A stretch of DNA of 64,000 nt from the NCBI GenBank assembly GCA_028283605.1, contig JAPWKH010000034.1:74464-138463 (forward strand). Reading direction: 5' to 3'. Origin of the DNA: Arachidicoccus sp. GTDB lineage: Bacteria > Bacteroidota > Bacteroidia > Chitinophagales > Chitinophagaceae. The translations under genes and the position numbers were made by a program. Below are positions 49,136 to 58,311 of the stretch, piece by piece (position 1 is the first letter of the stretch; each line of letters starts with the position of its first letter). A model generated the notes under the pieces. It was not told the origin of the DNA and did no database searches. It saw only the letters and a list, made by a program, of their open reading frames with translations.

Positions 49136-50851
49136 TTACATCAATTTTTCCATTTCATCATTCACAAAATCCATCAATGTTTTAATGTGCGTAGGGGAGA
49201 AGTCGAACTTCAATCCTGCAGCGTTGAAAAGTTCCGGTAAAGTTTTTATACCGCCCAGACTTAATGCGTTGATATAATTCTGTAATGCCTTCTCTGGATT
49301 TTGTTGATACTGCATCCACAAGCCGATGGCGCCAAGTTGCGCAATACCATATTCAATATAATAAAAAGGCACTTCAAACAAATGCAATTGCCTTTGCCAG
49401 CCATAAGCGCGATATTCTTCAAGGCCTGTAAAATCAATAGTGTTTGTAGAAAATTCATTTAATATACGCAACCAGTTTTCTTTTCTTTCTTCCAAAGTAT
49501 GATTCGGATTTTCATATACCCAATGCTGGAATTTATCAATCGTTGCAATCCAAGGAAAGATGGTAATTACACGTTCCAGCTGATGAATTTTTGCGCGTTT
49601 TAATTCTTCTTCATTATCAAAAAATACATTCCAGTGATTCATTGTAAACAGCTCCATCGACATACTCGCAACTTCCGCAATTTCCATCGGATATTCTTTA
49701 AACGCGCTCAGTTCCAAATGATGCGCAAGAAAAGAATGAATGGCATGGCCGCCTTCATGTACCATAGTAGTTACATCGCTCATTTGTCCGGCAGCATTCA
49801 TAAAGATGAACGGCGCACCGCTTTCCGCCAACGGACAATTATAGCCGCCCGGCGCTTTACCTTTGCGGCTGTCCAAATCAAAATGATTCAGCTCTTGCAT
49901 TTTGCGCAAACAATCTGCGAAGAAAGGATTGAGTTCTTCAAAACATTTTTCTGTTTTTTGCAATAGTTCTTCTCCTTTTTTAAAAGGATGCAAAGGCTTT
50001 ACGCCTTCCGGTTCTGCTTCCGTATCCCAAGGTTTTAATACATCCAAACCGAGCTTTTGTTTTTTATATAGATTAATTTTCTCTGCCAAAGGCAACACAT
50101 GTATTTTAACGGAATCATGGAACTGAAAACAATCTTCTTTGGTGTAATCAAACCTCCCAAGCTCAACGAATTTATAATCTCTGTAATTGCTGAAGCCCGC
50201 ATTCTGCGCCACTTTCTGGCGTTTTTCAATTAGTTCGGAATATAAATTATTCAATGCGTCTTTATCTTCCTGTCTTCTGTTTTGTATTTTAAAATATACT
50301 TCTTCGCGCAACTTCCTGTCGGGATTTTCGAAAAATTTTGAAGCCTGTTGCAAAGTATATTCTTGTCCGTTTACTTCCACTGTCATCTTGCCTGCAATTG
50401 CGCCGTATTGCTGTTGCAAAACGCTGAGCTCTGCTTGCAATGGAATATTTGCTTCGCGAAAAAGCTCGATGCTTTTCTTCACGCTGCGCAAGTATGTAAA
50501 ATATTTTTCCTGATCCAATTCTTTTACAAAAGGCGAATCAATTAATTTTCTATTTAATAAATCTGCATAAGGTTGCAGCTTCGGCTGTATTTCCATACAG
50601 AAATAGGTAAATGCTTCTTCTAAAGATTTATCCGTAGTATCGCAAGTCATTTTAATTTGACGCCAACAAGCATCTTCGCTCACAACGGCTTCTGCCTCGC
50701 TTACGTCTTTGAGCCAATGTTCCAAATCTTCTTTCGAATTAATTTCTCTTTCGGATAAATTCTTAAAATAGGGTTCAAGCGTTTCCCAATTGGAAATTGT
50801 AAAATTTTCAGGTATGAAATGTCTTTGTAGTTTTTGAATATTTGCTGTCAT
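49136..50851 (-). CDS. pepF: M3B oligoendopeptidase F
   Basis: RKGKAPGGY, HEGGH, EIAEVASMSME, PFYYIEY. Confidence 0.9.
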   Translation of the reverse strand: MTANIQKLQRHFIPENFTISNWETLEPYFKNLSEREINSKEDLEHWLKDVSEAEAVVSEDACWRQIKMTCDTTDKSLEEAFTYFCMEIQPKLQPYADLLNRKLIDSPFVKELDQEKYFTYLRSVKKSIELFREANIPLQAELSVLQQQYGAIAGKMTVEVNGQEYTLQQASKFFENPDRKLREEVYFKIQNRRQEDKDALNNLYSELIEKRQKVAQNAGFSNYRDYKFVELGRFDYTKEDCFQFHDSVKIHVLPLAEKINLYKKQKLGLDVLKPWDTEAEPEGVKPLHPFKKGEELLQKTEKCFEELNPFFADCLRKMQELNHFDLDSRKGKAPGGYNCPLAESGAPFIFMNAAGQMSDVTTMVHEGGHAIHSFLAHHLELSAFKEYPMEIAEVASMSMELFTMNHWNVFFDNEEELKRAKIHQLERVITIFPWIATIDKFQHWVYENPNHTLEERKENWLRILNEFSTNTIDFTGLEEYRAYGWQRQLHLFEVPFYYIEYGIAQLGAIGLWMQYQQNPEKALQNYINALSLGGIKTLPELFNAAGLKFDFSPTHIKTLMDFVNDEMEKLM

Positions 50852-50915
50852 AATTTCTAAGTAAAAATCAAAATTAAAAAGTAAAAATCGAGTTCTGTAT
50901 TTGTAAAAATAAAAT

Positions 50916-50959
50916 AAAAAAGCGCAGGCTAAAGCATTTTAACATGGCTTTTCCTGCGC
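50916..50959 (-). terminator. Probable intrinsic terminator
   Basis: GCGCAGG...CCTGCGC stem with an upstream A-run. Confidence 0.5.
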
Positions 50960-50982
50960 GGCAATTTTATAGATTTAGGAAA

Positions 50983-51480
50983 TTATTCTTCTGTTTTTTT
51001 CTTTTTCGGGGCTGCTTTTTTCTTCGGCTTTTCTTCTATTGCAACAGATACTGCTTCTTCGATTGCAGGTTCATTTTCTGCTATTGCTTCTTCATATTCT
51101 TTTGCTGAAAAATCTACATTATTTTTTTTCAGAATACTATACCAGCGAATCATTTTTTTCATATCGCTTGAATACACACGATCAAAATCCATATCGGGAT
51201 AAATCTTTTCAAGATATTTTTTTACTGCATTTGCATCTTTATAATCGGGTAAATTTTCTGAAGAATTTTTTATAGCGGCAAACACTTCTGTGAGGTTCAC
51301 ATTATCGCGTACCGTAAAAACTTCTATACTTTCCAAATGGGAAAACTGGTGTATGCGTGAAGAGACAAATTTGGTAGTATTATCTTCTAATGAACGTACA
51401 ATTGCGCCATCGGCTTTGCTTCCTATCAGTTCGTATAACCCGCCTAAACCTGTTACAGAAATTATTTTATTATATTCCAT
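50983..51480 (-). CDS. DUF5606-like conserved Bacteroidota protein
   Basis: IISVTGLGGLY, SLED, LESI, D.DRVY.SDMKKMI.WY; Lys-rich tail. Confidence 0.75.
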   Translation of the reverse strand: MEYNKIISVTGLGGLYELIGSKADGAIVRSLEDNTTKFVSSRIHQFSHLESIEVFTVRDNVNLTEVFAAIKNSSENLPDYKDANAVKKYLEKIYPDMDFDRVYSSDMKKMIRWYSILKKNNVDFSAKEYEEAIAENEPAIEEAVSVAIEEKPKKKAAPKKKKTEE

Positions 51481-51579
51481 ATAATTTATTTTGTGGCTGC
51501 GAAAGTAAGTGATAATTTGAAAAATCGAAAGCCTTAGTTTTGATTTTCTTTATTTGCAAAATATTTATCGAGATAAAGC

Positions 51580-51613
51580 AAAAAAAACTGCTCAATTATT
51601 TTGAACAGCTTTT
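51580..51613 (-). terminator. Probable intrinsic terminator
   Basis: A8 run plus imperfect CTGCTCAA-ttatt-TTGAACAG stem. Confidence 0.45.
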
Positions 51614-51636
51614 CTTCTAAAAAGGAAAATTATATT

Positions 51637-52401
51637 TTATTTGAAATCCGCATCTGCAACATCGTTGCCATTAACAATAATGCTGTCTGCAATAATGCCT
51701 ACTTCCATTACACCGTTTGCCGTACTTATACTTTGTGTAAGTTTATAAGGAAATAATACATTATTTACAGGTTTATAATTATCGAAAATTATAGATAGAT
51801 CTAATCCATTTTGCGATACATCCTGACGAACCAACAGATACGAAACAGAATCGTAATATTCAGTAGATTTAATTCCTGATGGGGAAGTTACCTCAATGAT
51901 ATAAGCAGCTTTTTCATTTACTTTTGTCGTCCCTTTTGCAGTAAGCGCATACCCTGCTGTTGCATAAAATTCTTGTGGGAAAAGCCCTTTTGCTTCGCCA
52001 TATTTTTTTATCTCATCGGCTGAATAATCTGCTTTATTTCCCATTTGCTCTTTATAGCCTGCAATTCCGTCAAACACTTGCTTTGAAACAGTTTGTCCGT
52101 TCATAGATACATTTACCAGCAATTTATTAGGGTTCATTCTCTTGGTTTCGTAGGGAAGCTCTTGGCCTTGTACGCTTGCATTTCCTGTAGAATGTATAGT
52201 TTTTATTTTGTCGAGATTATCTTTTCCGCCAATAGCCTGAATATATTTGTCAATTATTTCCTGTGGCTTTACCTCATAAATATTTTTTTGTATTACAATG
52301 TGGCTGTGATGATGAATTGGGCTGATATTTTTTGCAGATGCAATAGAAGTGAAATTTGCCATACTGAAAAGTAATGCGCCGTATGTAATGAGTGTCTTCA
52401 T
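51637..52401 (-). CDS. Secreted hypothetical protein (LolA-like/lipoprotein-sorting-like fold)
   Basis: Signal peptide; IIDKYIQAIGG, YYDSVSYLL, DNYKPVN.VLFPY. Confidence 0.6.
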   Translation of the reverse strand: MKTLITYGALLFSMANFTSIASAKNISPIHHHSHIVIQKNIYEVKPQEIIDKYIQAIGGKDNLDKIKTIHSTGNASVQGQELPYETKRMNPNKLLVNVSMNGQTVSKQVFDGIAGYKEQMGNKADYSADEIKKYGEAKGLFPQEFYATAGYALTAKGTTKVNEKAAYIIEVTSPSGIKSTEYYDSVSYLLVRQDVSQNGLDLSIIFDNYKPVNNVLFPYKLTQSISTANGVMEVGIIADSIIVNGNDVADADFK

Positions 52402-52568
52402 TTTTTATAAATTTAAATATTATGCAATTTAGAAAAGAATCAATGAGATTTTATAAATATTTGATGAACGGTATAAAGAATAAAAAAATTAATTTTATGA
52501 GGGTTCAATGTGAAAATGATTAACCGGACACAATTTTATTATTAAAAATTATCTTATAGGATTTACAA

Positions 52569-52871
52569 ATGAATCATAGCAATTATATAATTATCCACAA
52601 CGAAGCAGAGCAACAATTTGAATACCACGAAGGCGGGGAAATTGCCAAGCTCGAATATCGTTTTTATAAAAAGGATATTGCGTTCATGCACACGGAAGTG
52701 CCGAAAGCACTGGAAGGAAAAGGTATTGCATCTGCATTGGCAGAGTATGCGTTTGATTACGCAAAGCAAATCAACAAACCTGTGATTAATTATTGTCCGT
52801 TTGTGAGCGTGTATTTGAAACGGCATCCCGAGTTGATTAAGCAGTTGGATAAGGAATATTATAAGGGATAA
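52569..52871 (+). CDS. Small GNAT acetyltransferase (YjdJ-like)
   Basis: HTEVP..LEGKGIA..L, CPFV..YLKRHPE. Confidence 0.85.
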   Translation: MNHSNYIIIHNEAEQQFEYHEGGEIAKLEYRFYKKDIAFMHTEVPKALEGKGIASALAEYAFDYAKQINKPVINYCPFVSVYLKRHPELIKQLDKEYYKG

Positions 52872-52905
52872 AACTGTAAATTTGTCTAACAAAAAATATA
52901 AAACT

Positions 52906-53139
52906 ATGAATACCGATGAACTGAAAATAAATTTGATTAACAAGATAACTTCTATCAACGATTCTTCTTTGTTGGAAGAAGTGAAGCAACTGTTGGATTT
53001 TGAAACAAATGAAAGTGTTTATCAACTGAGCGATGAACAAAAAAATCGAATTGCCGAAGCGAGAGCAGAATATAAAGCAGGAAATTTTCTGACTATTGAT
53101 GAAGCCAACAATGAAATTGAAAAATGGTTAGAAGAATAG
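52906..53139 (+). CDS. Putative antitoxin of a RelE/ParE pair
   Basis: Acidic 77 aa protein from ATG 52906; LSDEQK.RI.EA..E; TAAATTTG -7 element at 52877-52884; overlaps the toxin. Confidence 0.7.
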   Translation: MNTDELKINLINKITSINDSSLLEEVKQLLDFETNESVYQLSDEQKNRIAEARAEYKAGNFLTIDEANNEIEKWLEE

Positions 53140-53420
53140 TTTGGACAAGCAAAGCCATTGAAGAAAGAAAAGAAATTCTAGATTATTGGAATAAAAGAAA
53201 CCAATCAAAATTTTACAGTAGAAAACTGAATAAACTTTTTATCGAAAAGATTAATCACACTGCATTGCAGCCGTTCTCGGGCAGAAAAACCGATGATGAA
53301 AATATTCGCGTAAGAATTGTAAAAGAATACCTTATTTTTTACGAGATTGAAGAAACTCAAATTATCATTTTAACCATTTGGGACGGCAGAAGAAATCGTG
53401 AAGATTTGAGGATAAGATGA
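53124..53420 (+). CDS. RelE/ParE family toxin
   Basis: IVWTSKA, I.DYW, PFSGR, YLIFYEI, ILTIWDGRR. Confidence 0.85.
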   Translation: MVRRIVWTSKAIEERKEILDYWNKRNQSKFYSRKLNKLFIEKINHTALQPFSGRKTDDENIRVRIVKEYLIFYEIEETQIIILTIWDGRRNREDLRIR

Positions 53421-53712
53421 TTTTTAATTTAATAGAGATAAACAAAGAAGCATTTATTAATAAGAAGGATGAATTAATAAGAACGATAAATGTTCTCATA
53501 CAAAGTGAAAATTTAACCAAACAAAAAGAAATATTTTGATTAAACTTTTAAAATTATTTGATGAATTTTTTTATGAAAATAGATTGTTGAAAAAAGGATT
53601 GCTTACATATGCCGTTATCGATAGTTTAGAATTGGATTATACGTTTGGGGAACAGATTATGCAATTTGATAAATCAAAAATCACACATCGTAAACCTCCA
53701 ACTAAATCATAA
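53417..53712 (+). CDS. Unannotated ~98 aa hypothetical protein with apparent -1 frameshift near 53535
   Basis: ATGA overlap with the toxin stop; 40 codons to TGA 53537-39; the -1 frame is open from 53509 to TAA 53710-12. Confidence 0.5.
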
Positions 53713-53742
53713 ATCAGACATCACAAAATCATACATCAAATA

Positions 53743-55839
53743 ATGTATTCTTCCGAACAAACTAAAATATTAACGCAACAATCACAACAGTTTTTACAAA
53801 GTAACAATGCGCCGCAAGCCAATGAAATAGAGGCTTTTCGCAATGTATTGCGTTTTCACGAGTATCGTTATTATGTGTTGGATAATCCTTTGGTTACCGA
53901 TACGGAATACGATATTTTGTATAAAAAATTAGAAAAATTTGAAATTGAGAACCCTTCATTGATTACGCCCGATTCACCCACACAAAGAGTAGGAAAAAAT
54001 ATTACGAATAATTTTGTAACCGTACCGCATCTCGTGCCGATGTTGTCTTTAGAAAATTCTTATAATGCCGATGATTTGGTGGATTGGGACAGGAAAAATA
54101 AGGAAGCTGAAAACCTTTCTCACGTGGAATATTGTGTAGAGCCGAAGTTTGACGGCGCAAGCATTTCCTTGTTGTACGAGAATGATTTGCTCGTGCGTGC
54201 GCTTACACGCGGCGATGGCATCGAGGGCGAAGATATTACGACAAATATTAAGCAAATCCGCTCAATTCCTTTGGTGGCGCGGTTTTCGGAATACAACATT
54301 CAGCAAATTGAAATTCGCGGAGAAGTATTGATGTCAAAAAAATCGTTCAGAGAGTTTAATGAAAAACAGGCTGAACAAGGACAACAAATTCTTGCCAATC
54401 CGCGCAACGCGGCAAGTGGAAGCCTGCGCATGAAAAACCCGAAAGCCGTTGCGGAACGCGGTCTTGAAGCATTTTTATACCATATTGCTTATGTGGTTTA
54501 TAGCGATAATGAAGTTCCTGAGCTGATGAAAACGCATAGCGGAAACCTTGAATTGCTGTGGCTTTGCGGCTTTCGTTCGCCACAAAATGAAAAGAAAGTT
54601 TATCAAAGTATTGAGGATGTAATTGCGCACGTAAATGATTATGAGCAACTGCGCGACACGCTTCCTTACGAGATTGACGGCATGGTTATCAAGGTCAATT
54701 CATTGACGTTGCAGGACCAACTTGGTATGACTTCGCATCATCCGCGCTGGGCAATGGCGTACAAGTTCAAGGCGCGTCAAGCCACGTCCGTGCTGCGTTC
54801 TGTAGAGTTTCAGATTGGCAGAACAGGAACGATTACGCCTGTGGCAAAAATAGATCCGGTGTTCATAGGCGGCGTTACCGTTTCATCGGTTTCATTGTTT
54901 AATGAAGATATTATCCGCGAAAAAGATTTACGCATCGGCGATACGGTTTTGGTGGAGCGAGCGGGCGATGTGATTCCCAATATTGTAAAGCCGCAAACAG
55001 AATTACGCAAAGGAAATGAAGAGCCTATTATCTTTCCAAAGCATTGCCCTGTCTGCCATTCAGCGTTGCACAAACCGGAAGAAGAAAGTGCATGGCGCTG
55101 TATCAATCCGAATTGTGAAGCGCAGGTTGTGGAAAGAATGATTCATTTCGTAAGCAAAGATGCAATGGACATTCGAAGTTTTGGCGAGGCTAACGTAAAG
55201 AAGTTTTATCAGCTGAAATTGTTAAAAGATATTCCATCAATTTATCATTTGGACTTTGATGAAATCGCGAAGCTCGAAGGCTTCGGTAAAAAATCGATTG
55301 ATAATTTACAAGCCGCAATTGAAGCGAGCAAGCAGCAAAGCCTGAACAGATTAATTTTTGCTTTGGGCATTCGCTATGTCGGCGAAACGACGGCCAAAAC
55401 ATTAGCAAATAAGATTTCCAATTTATGGGAATTGCAAAATTTTTCCATAGAAGAATTATTAAATCTGGAAGATGTAGGACCTAAAGTTGCGGCAAGCGTA
55501 TATGACTTTTTTCAATCAAAAGAAAGCATTGAAATGCTGAAAAAATTAGAAGCGTCCGGATTGAATTTTGATAATATAAAATCAGCGAATACCAATATTG
55601 ACGGCAGTTTGGAAGGAACCACATTTTTATTTACAGGAATATTATCTCAACTAAGACGCAGCGATGCCGAAGCCATGGTGGAAGCAAAAGGAGGTAAAAT
55701 TTTAAGTGGCGTTTCTTCAAAATTAAATTATCTTGTTGCAGGTGAAGAAGCGGGAAGCAAGCTGGAAAAAGCGAAGAAACTGAACACCGTAAAAATAATT
55801 TCGGAAGAAGAGTTTTTGAAGATGATGAATGTAAAATAA
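53743..55839 (+). CDS. ligA: NAD-dependent DNA ligase
   Basis: MLSL, EPKFDG (KxDG), TRGDG, NPRNAASG, IDGMVIK, Zn finger, HhH, BRCT (GSKLEKA). Confidence 0.97.
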   Translation: MYSSEQTKILTQQSQQFLQSNNAPQANEIEAFRNVLRFHEYRYYVLDNPLVTDTEYDILYKKLEKFEIENPSLITPDSPTQRVGKNITNNFVTVPHLVPMLSLENSYNADDLVDWDRKNKEAENLSHVEYCVEPKFDGASISLLYENDLLVRALTRGDGIEGEDITTNIKQIRSIPLVARFSEYNIQQIEIRGEVLMSKKSFREFNEKQAEQGQQILANPRNAASGSLRMKNPKAVAERGLEAFLYHIAYVVYSDNEVPELMKTHSGNLELLWLCGFRSPQNEKKVYQSIEDVIAHVNDYEQLRDTLPYEIDGMVIKVNSLTLQDQLGMTSHHPRWAMAYKFKARQATSVLRSVEFQIGRTGTITPVAKIDPVFIGGVTVSSVSLFNEDIIREKDLRIGDTVLVERAGDVIPNIVKPQTELRKGNEEPIIFPKHCPVCHSALHKPEEESAWRCINPNCEAQVVERMIHFVSKDAMDIRSFGEANVKKFYQLKLLKDIPSIYHLDFDEIAKLEGFGKKSIDNLQAAIEASKQQSLNRLIFALGIRYVGETTAKTLANKISNLWELQNFSIEELLNLEDVGPKVAASVYDFFQSKESIEMLKKLEASGLNFDNIKSANTNIDGSLEGTTFLFTGILSQLRRSDAEAMVEAKGGKILSGVSSKLNYLVAGEEAGSKLEKAKKLNTVKIISEEEFLKMMNVK

Positions 55840-55954
55840 AGGCAGGTTGTAATAATCATAATAGTTGCTAATAATATTTAATATTACGCTAACAACAGAA
55901 AGACAACTTTAATTGGTAATTTTAGAATCATTTCTCACTTTAACTATTCAAGTT

Positions 55955-57229
55955 ATGCAATCCTCTGCTATTAAATTAATACTATTTTCTTCGGTATTGT
56001 ATTTTTCAAGCTGTAAAAATGGTTCTTCCAATACACACACAGATACAATGGTCGCCGATACTTTACAAAATAATTCTCCGGAAAAAAAACCTCCTACGGC
56101 AGATTATAAACCTTTCTTCCCCGGGCAAACAAGAGCGCCGGAAGTGAAAACACGTACGCCACTTACGGTGCAGGTTTTAGATACTACGCTCGGGCATCCT
56201 TGGGGTATCACAAATTTACCCGACGGCAGATTCCTAATCAGCGATAAATTCGGCACTATGCGTATTGAAACTTTAGAAGGAAAATTGGATAAAAAAATTA
56301 CCGGTTTCCCTAAAGTAATTCCCAAGGGACAAGGCGGCCTTCTTGATGTAATTGCCGATCCGGATTATGTTCATAACAGAACCATTTACTTTGATTATTC
56401 AGAACTGCAACCTGACAGCAGCGCTTTGCTTGCAATAGCGAAAGGCAACATATCGAAAGATGAATCTACCATTACAAATGTAAAAGTTATATACCGTGCT
56501 ACGCCTGCTTTTAAAGGGCATGGAAAATATTTGCAATATGGCTCAAGAATCCTTATTGATAAAAACAAAACTTTATTTGTAAGTTCGGGCGAACGTTCTG
56601 ACGATGAAGTGCGTGTACAGGCACAGTGGACAAAATCTTCTCTTGGAAAAATCATACACATTACCACCGATGGAAAACCTGTGCATGATGCTAACTTTCC
56701 TGATTCTGCAGATGCAAAACCGGAAATTTATGCTTACGGCTTTCGCAGCCCGGAAGGAATGGATTGGAACCCGCAAACAGGGGAAATATGGGAAGCGGAA
56801 TTTGGACCGCGCGGTGGCGATGAAGTAAATATTATAAAGCCCGGTAAAAATTATGGCTGGCCTGTGATTACGTATGGGATAGAATATCGCGGCGTAAAAG
56901 TGGGAGACGGCATTCAACAAAAACAAGGTATGGAACAACCTGTTTATTATTGGAATCCAAGCGTATCGCCATCGGGCATTACTTTCTATAACAGTGACAG
57001 CATTCCGGAATGGAAAGGCAATTTATTTTTGGGATGTTTAAGCGGCTCACATATCGACAGATTGATTATCAAGGACAACAAAGTAATCGGTGAAGAATGG
57101 CTTTTAGCCGATAAAGGAGAACGCTTTCGTGCATTACGTGTAGGGCATAACGGTGCACTATACGCAATTACCGATGGCGGTAAATTATATAAGATTTCAA
57201 CTCAACATATCATCAATAAAAAACCCTGA
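55955..57229 (+). CDS. PQQ-dependent (aldose) sugar dehydrogenase-like lipoprotein
   Basis: Lipobox FSSC, HPWG..LPDG, GQGGLLD, YG.RSPEG, EFGPRGGDEVN, NYGWP. Confidence 0.88.
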   Translation: MQSSAIKLILFSSVLYFSSCKNGSSNTHTDTMVADTLQNNSPEKKPPTADYKPFFPGQTRAPEVKTRTPLTVQVLDTTLGHPWGITNLPDGRFLISDKFGTMRIETLEGKLDKKITGFPKVIPKGQGGLLDVIADPDYVHNRTIYFDYSELQPDSSALLAIAKGNISKDESTITNVKVIYRATPAFKGHGKYLQYGSRILIDKNKTLFVSSGERSDDEVRVQAQWTKSSLGKIIHITTDGKPVHDANFPDSADAKPEIYAYGFRSPEGMDWNPQTGEIWEAEFGPRGGDEVNIIKPGKNYGWPVITYGIEYRGVKVGDGIQQKQGMEQPVYYWNPSVSPSGITFYNSDSIPEWKGNLFLGCLSGSHIDRLIIKDNKVIGEEWLLADKGERFRALRVGHNGALYAITDGGKLYKISTQHIINKKP

Positions 57230-57246
57230 AGCAAATTCAGGGTTTA
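57218..57246. terminator. Bidirectional intrinsic terminator
   Basis: Perfect 10-bp stem AAACCCTGAA-gcaaa-TTCAGGGTTT between convergent genes. Confidence 0.75.
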
Positions 57247-57420
57247 TGTAAGAATAATTGGTTTTGGTTGCAAAACTTAATCTAATTCATTATGAATTGA
57301 ACATAGAATATTAGAATGACTTTCCTTATTTCCTACAAAAAAGAAATTGAAACAATCTTCAATTTCTTTTTTACTATTCGTTTAAAACATTCGATAAAGA
57401 CTTTTCAGTCAGTACTCTTG

Positions 57421-58057
57421 TTATTTATTAGGCTGAGGTGTATAACGCAAATATGGTTTTATTTCTTTCACACCTTTAGGAAAGCGAGTCTTAGCTTCTT
57501 CTGTAGGTATATTAGGAGTAACAATTACATCTTCGCCTTCATTCCAATTTGCAGGAGTAGCTACGCTATAATTTGCGGTTAACTGCAATGAATCCACCAC
57601 CCGCAATATTTCATTAAAGTTTCTTCCAGTAGATGCAGGATAAGTAATAATTAATTTTACTTTTTTATCCGGGCCAATAATTAATAATGAGCGTACTGTA
57701 GCAGTTGCAGATGCATTCGGATGAATGAAGTCGTACAGTTCAGAAACCTTTCTGTCTTCGTCGGCAATGATAGGAAATTGCACATCCACATTTTGTGTTT
57801 CATTGATATCATTAATCCAGCCTTTGTGCTTATCCACACCGTCAACACTTAGCGCTAAAACTTTTACGCCACGCTTATCAAATTCAGCTTTTAGAGAAGC
57901 TGTTTTGCCTAATTCTGTTGTACATACAGGCGTGTAATCTGCGGGGTGAGAAAATAAAATTCCCCAGTTATCGCCCAGATATTCATAAAAATCGATATCT
58001 CCGATAGAAGTTCTTTGCCTGAAAGTTTGGCGCTGTATCGCCGAGTTTAATTGACAT
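57421..58057 (-). CDS. 1-Cys peroxiredoxin (Prx6); apparent +1 frameshift near 58012
   Basis: ATG 58057 gives MSIKLGDTAPNFQAK; the next frame gives TSIGDIDF...FSHPADYTPVCTTELG...YPASTGRN..EILRV.DSLQ...YLRYT. Confidence 0.9.
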
Positions 58058-58311
58058 ATTGAAATATTTGTTTTGTTGTTTACTGATAATAAAATTTGTG
58101 CAAATATATAAACACTCTACCAAAAAACAAGACTAATAATAATAAATTTTTTAATAAAATGTGAATAATTTGGGAGTAAAATGCCGGATATGCTTATTTG
58201 CAGATTAGTATATTAACACGTTCTTTGCAATATTATTTAATCATTAACAAAAGTTATACATCTGTCTTTATTCTTGTTAAATTAATTTCTTTGCACCAAA
58301 ATCAAAAGATT

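Noticed and set aside
52563-52958. 131-aa minus-strand ORF, representative of the many 60-160 aa antisense or alternate-frame ORFs in the track
   Set aside because: It lies opposite well-supported genes (GNAT, antitoxin) and has no recognisable motif; these are shadow ORFs.
57316-57582. 88-aa plus-strand ORF
   Set aside because: It overlaps the peroxiredoxin 3' end on the opposite strand, begins in the heptamer-like repeat, and has a Phe/Ile-biased, non-protein-like composition.
58058-58311. Riboswitch or ncRNA upstream of the TonB-dependent receptor (also checked 39234-39566 and 28874-29096)
   Set aside because: The sequence is very AT-rich with no recognisable TPP, cobalamin, SAM or tRNA conserved elements. 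An Infernal/Rfam scan would be needed to exclude weak hits.
58198-58311. Extended N-termini given by the ORF track for several genes (also 12801, 17466, 19157, 39233, 52882, 55913, 61813)
   Set aside because: Downstream ATGs give proper signal peptides or family starts, and in several cases the extension spans the -7 promoter element.
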